In this document: one piece after another, positions 54,750-64,000 of the stretch
Position numbering within the stretch: position 1 is the stretch's first letter
Layout of the letters: every line of letters begins with the position of its first letter
Source of the DNA: Pecten maximus
Lineage: Eukaryota
Assembly (NCBI RefSeq): GCF_902652985.1
Contig: NC_047023.1
Location: 41,540,001-41,604,000, forward strand
Direction: 5' to 3'
DNA: 64,000 nucleotides
The notes under the pieces: generated by a model
Database searches by the model: none
What the model saw: only the letters and a program-made list of their open reading frames with translations
What the model was told of the DNA's origin: nothing
Made by a program: the position numbers and the translations under genes

Positions 54750-55204
54750 GTTTGCCCTGCTTATTTTCTCTTGTTTGTGATGAAGAATTGCCTTGTTTGT
54801 GATTGTTCAGAAAACACACAAAAAATGTTCAATTACACAAAACAAAATATTTTATTAACTTTAATTTTATATTGCAGTATGTAACATCTCACAAAACAAA
54901 GGAAACTAAAATGTTACAAATAACAATTACATTAATAACTCCATAAACAATCAAATTTTTCTTTCATTTACTGCAGGACTGACATAACAAAATCCAAAAA
55001 TGTATACATTTCATATTGATTGTGACATCTTAATATGAAACGATGCAACTAACAATGACATCAACAACATTTAGGCATGCTTTGCTTAATTCACTCTTTG
55101 TCATTGCAGTTCTCCAATAAATTGTGAGGATCTTAATGTCCCATCTTTATCAATGGTTTTAATAGATTCATCAGAAAGATAATAATTCTCAAAAGAAAAC
55201 TTCT

Positions 55205-55455
55205 ACAAGAGGCCAAATGGGCCTGTATCATCAACCTGTTTCCCAGGTTATATGAAGTGAAGGTTTTGTTAGACGATTCTTTAAATTCATTTGAATTTTG
55301 AAGTTGATTTATGACATGGTTACGAAACTCAAAACAAAGAAAAGAATTGAATATTTCTGCTGATTTGACCCCAAGAAAAGAAATAATAATGACTGGAGGG
55401 ATGGATAAAGCACCAAGGCATAAGCTCACTTGTCCCTAGGGCAGGTTACCGAAAA
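55205..55455 (-). mobile_element. Short internally deleted HINE-like element with both ends
   Basis: ACAAGAGGCCAAATGGGCCTGTATC resembles the reverse complement of the 3' palindromic end at 13755-13778; GGCATAAGCTCAC resembles the reverse complement of the 5' end. Confidence 0.7.
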
Positions 55456-55734
55456 TTTGAGGTTTAAGCATTTAAATAAAAGTTCAACCAAACTACATTT
55501 TTGGGACTGAATCTGGACAAAGTTTTGTACTCTTAATATGAACACTATGGCTTCCAAATATATACTTGTAGAACAATAATTATCAGTGAAAACACTTCGA
55601 ACTTGATTTTTTTTCCCATTGTCAGTTTTTTTCATTGTCAGTTGTCTTTAGGGTCAGACCAGATAAACATGTTTCATTAAACCACACTTTAATATAAATG
55701 TAAATCACAGAAATACGTGAATCTGTTGACACTG

Positions 55735-55855
55735 TAGTATGAACTATTCCGATGTTTATTGACTTTTTATATTCCAATAGTATGAACTATTCCGATGTTT
55801 ATTGACTTTTTATATTCCAATAGTATGAACTATTCAGATGTTTATTGACTTTTTT
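55735..55855. repeat. 43-bp repeat x3
   Basis: GAACTATT at 55741, 55784 and 55827. Confidence 0.9.
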
Positions 55856-56216
55856 TTTATATCTGTCTGGCATTGACTAACACCAGACCAACATAAGTTG
55901 ATAATACAGTGGTAATAATTTGGACCACACTCCCTAATGAACAAACAATACTGGATGTCTGACACATTTACCCAGGGACTCTCAAAGTCACTGCTCTAGC
56001 TGACTAGATCAGAACACTATAGAATATATCACCTCAAATTAAATTGCCATTGTTTTCATCAGATTGACTAACAGTTTGGAGAAATAACATTTGCTGTCAC
56101 ATTTCAATAATACATACTAGCAAACAGATATTTGATGTTTTCAAATTACATACCATCAAATAACTAATACATACCACCAAATGAAAGTAAGAAATGAACT
56201 AAACATTATCAGGCTT

Positions 56217-56513
56217 GGGAAATTCCATAACATCTCTGGTAGATGAGGATGCTGGGAAATTCCATAACATCTCTGGTAGATGAAGATGTTGGGAAAGTCA
56301 ATAACATCTCTGGTAGATGAAGATGCTGGGAAATTCCATAACATCTCTGGTAGATGAGGATGCTGGGAAATTCCATAACATCTCTGATAGATGAAGATGC
56401 TAGGAAATTCCATAACATCTCTGATAGATGAAGATGCTAGGAAATTCCATAACATCTCTGATAGATGAAGATGCTAGGAAATTCCATAACATCTCTGGTA
56501 GATGAAGATGCTA
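56217..56513. repeat. 37-bp repeat x8
   Basis: GGAAATTCCATAACATCTCTGGTAGATGAAGATGCT. Confidence 0.93.
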
Positions 56514-56945
56514 AAGTGTTTTAAGACTGGATAATACAGACTTGGTGTCTGGTCAAACATGATATGGCATAAAGTTGATCAGTCAGAAATTAGAGCATGC
56601 TGCGTTCATTTGATAAAAAACAGACTTATCGGTTAATTTAGTTTTACTTTGTATGAAAATTGGTCAAAGCTGTTCTGTAACTGTCAGTTAAACACCAATT
56701 CATAATACAGTGTAATATTTCGACACGCGACCTATACACTATATACTTAATATGGTACCACAGCATTATGATTTAATACCTTACATTCAAGTCAGACTTT
56801 CCATGCAATGAATCCATGACTCATTTCATTATTTTCATGACCAGCTTATTTTAAAGATTTACAGTATTTTAATACCCAGGTTATGACTGTCAGCTTGTAT
56901 AATAACCTGGATTCTGTGCAGATTATTAATCTCTGAACCTATTAA

Positions 56946-57183
56946 TGAAACTCGGGCCAGTCTATATCAGGTGAAACTCGGGCCAGTCTATATCGGGTGA
57001 AGCTCGGGCCAGTCTATATCAGGTAAAACTCGGGCCAGTCTATATCAGGTAAAACTCGGGCCAGTCTATATCGGGTGAAACTCGGGCCAGTCTATATCGG
57101 GTGAAACTCGGGCCAGTCTATATCAGGTAAATTCTGGCCAGTCTATATCACCTGAAACTCAGGCCAGTGTATATCACGTGAAA
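56946..57183. repeat. 26-bp repeat x9
   Basis: TGAAACTCGGGCCAGTCTATATCAGG. Confidence 0.93.
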
Positions 57184-57690
57184 TTACTGGTTGACTAGAA
57201 ATAACATAATGAACCTGTTCTCAGCTGGAAGTTGTTTTCAAAGAATGTGAGTGTACTGTGTTTATACTGTAAATAACCTAGGGTGTCAACCAGTAGTGGG
57301 CAGGTTTTTTATCAGCATTTTGATGGCAAAAGGAGAGATGGACTTATTACCAACTTACGGTAATGTGAAACCTCAGCCAGAAATCTCAAATTGGAATTCT
57401 TGATACAGTACTTACATTCAAATACTTAAATACATCAAAAGCAAATACATTGATCTAGAAAACACTAATAGCCAATACATTGATCTGGAAAACATTAATA
57501 GCCAATACATTTATTTGAACATAACAAATTCCTAATTCCTTCCTGAACACAAATCAATAGTTCTATTACACTGAAAGTTTTGCGTCAATATAGATATAAA
57601 TCATTTTAAGCTAAGTTGCTTAGCCTCCCAATAGTTCAGGTATAAGTACTCTACATCAATGAATATAGTTTTTTTTCCACATTTTAATAC

Positions 57691-57758
57691 TTATTTAAAT
57701 ATGTCTGTTTTTTGTAGTAACCATCTCCTTGATTTCTTCACTGAATAGGCTGTTTGGG
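57691..57758 (-). CDS. Putative terminal coding exon of an unidentified convergent gene
   Basis: On the - strand, atattttcag|CCCAAACAGCCTATTCAGTGAAGAAATCAAGGAGATGG... gives PNSLFSEEIKEMVTTKNRHI* or QTAYSVKKSRRWLLQKTDIFK* depending on phase; an AT-rich UTR-like tract follows, with AATAAA near 54851. Confidence 0.35.
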
Positions 57759-57915
57759 CTGAAAATATACATTAAAATACATCATGAAATGGTTATACAA
57801 TGTATTTGAAATAACATAATATAGAATTTTAAAACCAATCATCATTTAGGACAAATTTTAATACAAAACACCATTTAGGGTAAAATTTAACTCCAAACAC
57901 TATTTAGAGCTAAAA

Positions 57916-60900
57916 GTGAGTCCCCCCCCTCCATAAACACAGACTACCCCTCTCTGTCACAATCTTAAGGTGAGCCACCCCCTCCAGTAACACAGACTAC
58001 CCCTCTCTGCCACAAACTTAAGGTGAGCCACCCCCTCCATTAACACAGACTACCGCTCTCTGCCACAATCTTAAGGTGAGCCACCCCCTCCGTTAACACA
58101 GACTACCCCTCTCTGCCACAATCTTAAGGTGAGCCACCCCCTCTATTAACACAGACTACCGCTCTCTGCCACAATCTTAAGGTGAGCCACCCCCTCCGTT
58201 AACACAGACTACCCCTCTCTGCCACAATCTTAAGGTGAGCCACCCCCTCCATTAACACAGACTACCACTCTCTGCCACAATCTTAAGGTGAGCCAACCCC
58301 TCCATTAACACAGACTACCGCTCTCTGCCACAAACTTAAGGTGAGCCACCCCCTCCATTAACACAGACTACCGCTCTCTGCCACAATCTTAAGGTGAGCC
58401 AACCCCTCCATTAACACAGACTACCACTCTCTGTCACAATCTTTAGGTGAGCCACCCCCTCCATTAACACAGACTACCCCTCTCTGTCACAATCTTAAGG
58501 TGAGCCAACCCCTCCATTAACACAGACTACAGCTCTCTGTCACAATCTTAAGGTGAGCCACCCCCTCCATTAACACAGACTACAGCTCTCTGTCACAATC
58601 TTAAGGTGAGCCACCCCCTCCATTAACACAGACTACCGCTCTCTGTCACAATCTTAAGGTGAGTCAACCCCTCCATTAACACAGACTACCCCTCTCTGCC
58701 ACAATCTTAAGGTGAGTCACCCCCTCCATTAACACAGACTACCGCTCTCTGTCACAATCTTAAGGTGAGCCACCCCCTCCATTAACACAGACTACCCCTC
58801 TCTGTCACAATCTTAAGGTGAGCCACCCCCTCTATTAACACAGACTACCGCTCTCTGTCACAATCTTAAGGTGAGCCACCCCCTCTATTAACACAGACTA
58901 CCGCTCTCTGTCACAATCTTAAGGTGAGCCAACCCTCCATTAACACAGACTACCACTCTCTGTCACAATCTTAAGGTGAGCCAACCCCTCCATTAACACA
59001 GACTACCGCTCTCTGCCACAATCTTAAGGTGAGCCACCCCCTCCATTAACACAGACTACCCCTCTCTGTCACAATCTTAAGGTGAGCCACCCCCTCCATT
59101 AACACAGACTACCGCTCTCTGCCACAATCTTAAGGTGAGCCACCCCCTCCATTAACACAGACTACCGCTCTCTGTCACAATCTTAAGGTGAGCCACCCCC
59201 TCCATTAACACAGACTACCGCTCTCTGCCACAATCTTAAGGTGAGCCACCCCCTCCATTAACACAGACTACCGCTCTCTGCCACAACCTTAAGGTGAGCC
59301 ACCCCCTCTATTAACACAGACTACCGCTCTCTGTCACAATCTTAAGGTGAGCCACCCCCTCTATTAACACAGACTACCGCTCTCTGTCACAATCTTAAGG
59401 TGAGCCACCCCCTCCGTTAACACAGACTACCACTCTCTGCCACAATCTTAAGGTGAGCCAACCCCTCCATTAACACAGACTACCGCTCTCTGCCACAAAC
59501 TTAAGGTGAGCCACCCCCTCCATTAACACAGACTACCGCTCTCTGCCACAATCTTAAGGTGAGCCAACCCCTCCATTAACACAGACTACCACTCTCTGTC
59601 ACAATCTTTAGGTGAGCCACCCCCTCCATTAACACAGACTACCCCTCTCTGTCACAATCTTAAGGTGAGCCACCCCCTCCATTAACACAGACTACCCCTC
59701 TCTGTCACAATATTAAGGGAGCCACCCCCTCCGTTAACACAGACTACCACTCTCTGTCACAATCTTAAGGTGAGCCAACCACTCCATTAACACAGACTAC
59801 AGCTCTCTGCCACAATATTAAGGTGAGCCACCCCCTCCATTAACACAGACTACCCCTCTCTGTCACAATCTTAAGGTGAGCCACCCCCTCCATTAACACA
59901 GACTACAGCTCTCTGCCACAATCTTAAGGTGAGCCACCCCCTCCGTTAACACAGACTACCACTCTCTGTCACAATCTTAAGGTGAGCCACCCCCTCCATT
60001 AACACAGACTACCGCTCTCTGTCACAATATTAAGGGAGCCACCCCCTCCATTAACACAGACTACAGCTCTCTGTCACAATATTAAGGTGAGCCACCCCCT
60101 CCATTAACACAGACTACCCCTCTCTGTCACAATATTAAGGGAGCCACCCCCTCCATTAACACAGACTACCCCTCTCTGTCACAATCTTAAGGTGAGCCAC
60201 CCCCTCCATTAACACAGACTACAGCTCTCTGTCACAATATTAAGGTGAGCCAACCCCTCCATTAACACAGACTACCCCTCTCTGTCACAATCTTAAGGTG
60301 AGCCACCCCCTCCATTAACACAGACTACCGCCCTCTGTCACAATCTTAAGGTGAACCACCCCCTCCATTAACACAGACTACAGCTCTCTGTCACAATCTT
60401 AAGGTGAGCCACCCCCTCCATTAACACAGACTACCGCCCTCTGTCACAATCTTAAGGTGAACCACCCCCTCCATTAACACAGACTACAGCTCTCTGCCAC
60501 AATCTTAAGGTGAGCCACCCCCTCCGTTAACACAGACTACCACTCTCTGTCACAATCTTAAGGTGAGCCACCCCCTCCATTAACACAGACTACCGCTCTC
60601 TGTCACAATATTAAGGGAGCCACCCCCTCCATTAACACAGACTACAGCTCTCTGTCACAATATTAAGGTGAGCCACCCCCTCCATTAACACAGACTACCC
60701 CTCTCTGTCACAATATTAAGGGAGCCACCCCCTCCATTAACACAGACTACCCCTCTCTGTCACAATCTTAAGGTGAGCCACCCCCTCCATTAACACAGAC
60801 TACAGCTCTCTGTCACAATATTAAGGTGAGCCAACCCCTCCATTAACACAGACTACCCCTCTCTGTCACAATCTTAAGGTGAGCCACCCCCTCCATTAAC

Positions 60901-63900
60901 ACAGACTACCGCCCTCTGTCACAATCTTAAGGTGAACCACCCCCTCCATTAACACAGACTACAGCTCTCTGTCACAATCTTAAGGTGAGCCACCCCCTCC
61001 ATTAACACAGACTACCGCCCTCTGTCACAATCTTAAGGTGAACCACCCCCTCCATTAACACAGACTACAGCTCTCTGCCACAATCTTAAGATGAGCCAAC
61101 CCCTCCATTAACACAGACTACCCCTCTCTGTCACAATCTTAAGGTGAGCCACCCCTCCATTAACACAGACTACCGCTCTCTGTCACAATCTTAAGGTGAG
61201 CCACCCCCTCCATTAACACAGACTACCGCTCTCTACCACAATCTTAAGGTGAGCCACCCCCTCCATTAACACAGACTACCCCTCTCTGTCACAATCTTAA
61301 GGTGAGCCACCCCCTCCGTTAACACAGACTACCACTCTCTGCCACAATCTTAAGGTGAGCCACCCCTCCATTAACACAGACTACCACTCTCTGCCACAAT
61401 CTTAAGGTGAGCCACCCCCTCCATTAACACAGACTACCCCTCTCTGTCACAATCTTAAGGTGAGCCACCCCCTCCATTAACACAGACTACCCCTCTCTGT
61501 CACAATCTTAAGGTGAGCCACCCCTCCATTAACACAGACTACCCCTCTCTGTCACAATCTTAAGGTGAGCCACCCCTCCATTAACACAGACTACCACTCT
61601 CTGCCACAATATTAAGGTGAGCCAACCCCTCCATTAACACAGACTACCCCTCTCTGTCACAATCTTAAGGTGAGCCAACCCCTCCATTAACACAGACTAC
61701 AGCTCTCTGCCACAATCTTAAGGTGAGCCAACCCCTCCATTAACACAGACTACCCCTCTCTGTCACAATCTTAAGGTGAGCCACCCCTCCATTAACACAG
61801 ACTACCACTCTCTGCCACAATATTAAGGTGAGCCAACCCCTCCATTAACACAGACTACCCCTCTCTGTCACAATCTTAAGGTGAGCCACCCCTCCATTAA
61901 CACAGACTACCCCTCTCTGTCACAATCTTAAGGTGAGCCACCCCCTCCATTAACACAGACTACCCCTCTCTGCCACAATATTAAGGTGAGCCACCCCTCC
62001 ATTAACACAGACTACCCCTCTCTGTCACAATCTTTAGGTGAGCCACCCCCTCCATTAACACAGACTACCACTCTCTGCCACAATCTTAAGGTGAGCCACC
62101 CCTCCATTAACACAGACTACCACTCTCTGCCACAATATTAAGGTGAGCCACCCCCTCCATTAACACAGACTACAGCTCTCTGCCACAATCTTAAGGTGAG
62201 CCACCCCCTCCATTAACACAGACTACCACTCTCTGTCACAATCTTAAGGTGAGCCACCCCCTCCATTAACACAGACTACCACTCTCTGTCACAATCTTAA
62301 GGTGAGCCACCCCCTCCATTAACACAGACTACCACTCTCTGTCACAATCTTAAGGTGAGCCACCCCCTCCATTAACACAGACTACCCCTCTCTGTCACAA
62401 TCTTAAGGTGAGCCACCCCCTCCATTAACACAGACTACCCCTCTCTGTCACAATCTTAAGGTGAGCCACCCCTCCATTAACACAGACTACCCCTCTCTGC
62501 CACAATCTTAAGGTGAGCCACCCCTCCATTAACACAGACTACAGCTCTCTGCCACAATCTTAAGGTGAGCCAACCACTCCATTAACACAGACTACAGCTC
62601 TGTGTCACAATCTTAAGGTGAGCCACCCCCTCCATTAACACAGACTACCACTCTCTGTCACAATATTAAGGTGAGCCAGCCCCTCCGTTAACACAGACTA
62701 CAGCTCTCTGTCACAATCTTAAGGTGAGCCACCCCCTCCATTAACACAGACTACCCCTCTCTGTCACAATCTTAAGGTGAGCCACCCCTCCGTTAACACA
62801 GACTACCCCTCTCTGCCACAATCTTAAGGTGAGCCACCCCCTCCATTAACACAGACTACAGCTCTCTGTCACAATCTTAAGGTGAGCCACCCCCTCCAGT
62901 AACACAGACTACCCCTCTCTGCCACAATCTTAAGGTGAGCCACCCCCTCCAGTAACACAGACTACAGCTCTCTGTCACAATCTTAAGGTGAGCCACCCCC
63001 TCCATTAACACAGACTACAGCTCTCTGTCACAATCTTAAGGTGAGCCACCCCCTCCAGTAACACAGACTACCCCTCTCTGCCACAATCTTAAGGTGAGCC
63101 ACCCCTCCATTAACACAGACTACCCCTCTCTGTCACAATATTAAGGTGAGCCACCCCCTCCATTAACACAGACTACCCCTCTCTGCCACAAACTAAAGGT
63201 GAGCCACCCCTCCGTTAACACAGACTACCCCTCTCTGTCACAATCTTAAGGTGAGCCACCCCTCCGTTAACACAGACTACAGCTCTCTGTCACAATCTTA
63301 AGGTGAGCCACCCCTCCGTTAACACAGACTACAGCTCTCTGCCACATCCTTAAGGTGAGCCACCCCCTCCATTAACAAAGACTACCCCTCTCTGCCACAA
63401 TCTTAAGGTGAGCCATCCCCTCCATTAACACAGACTACCCCTCTCTGTCACAATCTTAAGGTGAGCCAGCCCCTCCATTAACACAGACTACCCCTCTCTG
63501 CCACAATCTTAAGGTGAGCCACCCCCTCCATTAACACAGACTACCCCTCTCTGTCACAATCTTAAGGTGAGCCAGCCCCTCCATTAACACAGACTACCCC
63601 ACTCTGCCACAATCTTAAGGTGAGCCACCCCCTCCATTAACACAGACTACAGCTCTCTGTCACAATCTTAAGGTGAGCCACCCCCTCCATTAACACAGAC
63701 TACCACTCTCTGTCACAATCTTTAGGTGAGCCACCCCCTCCATTAACACAGACTACCCCTCTCTGCCACAATCTTAAGGTGAGCCACCCCCTCCATTAAC
63801 ACAGACTACCGCTCTCTACCACAATCTTAAGGTGAGCCAACCCCTCCATTAACACAGACTACCCCTCTCTGTCACAATCTTAAGGTGAGCCACCCCCTCC

Positions 63901-64000
63901 ATTAACACAGACTACCCCTCTCTGTCACAATATTAAGGTGAGCCACCCCCTCCATTAACACAGACTACCCCTCTCTGTCACAATATTAAGGTGAGCCACC
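57916..64000. repeat. 53-bp tandem array (~115 copies in window, runs off the end)
   Basis: CACAGACTACCCCTCTCTGTCACAATCTTAAGGTGAGCCACCCCCTCCATTAA; period 57940 to 57993. Confidence 0.97.

Noticed and set aside
53269-54819. 516-aa Pro/Thr-rich ORF on the - strand
   Set aside because: Lies almost entirely within the tandem array; no splice or homology support.

Overview
AT-rich, intron-rich animal genomic DNA, most likely from a bivalve mollusc (inferred from the Helentron/HINE-type and SINE repeats). I reconstructed two + strand spliced genes by hand from GT-AG boundaries and intron phases. (1) A KIAA0825 (C5orf36/DUF4495)-like gene has 21 coding exons in the window (324-28675, about 1,290 codons). 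Its start lies upstream of the window, and one exon carries an apparent +1 frameshift. (2) A complete G-protein beta-5 gene (GNB5) has 10 coding exons (33412-45406, about 355 aa). A probable terminal exon of a third, convergent gene lies near 57.7 kb on the - strand. Roughly half the window is tandem repeat. The main signal is that at least nine arrays are amplified copies of the genes' own splice signals. Six donor-side arrays have units made of exon 3' end + GT donor + first intron bases, with up to ~130 copies. Three acceptor-side arrays copy the AG acceptor with the exon start, or the branch-point region. Each has an unrelated unit and grows into the intron, leaving the functional site on the exon side, so the window holds hundreds of potential decoy splice sites. 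All long ORFs in the ORF track that fall in these arrays are artefacts. Gene identities rest on my recall of the vertebrate proteins; no database search was run.
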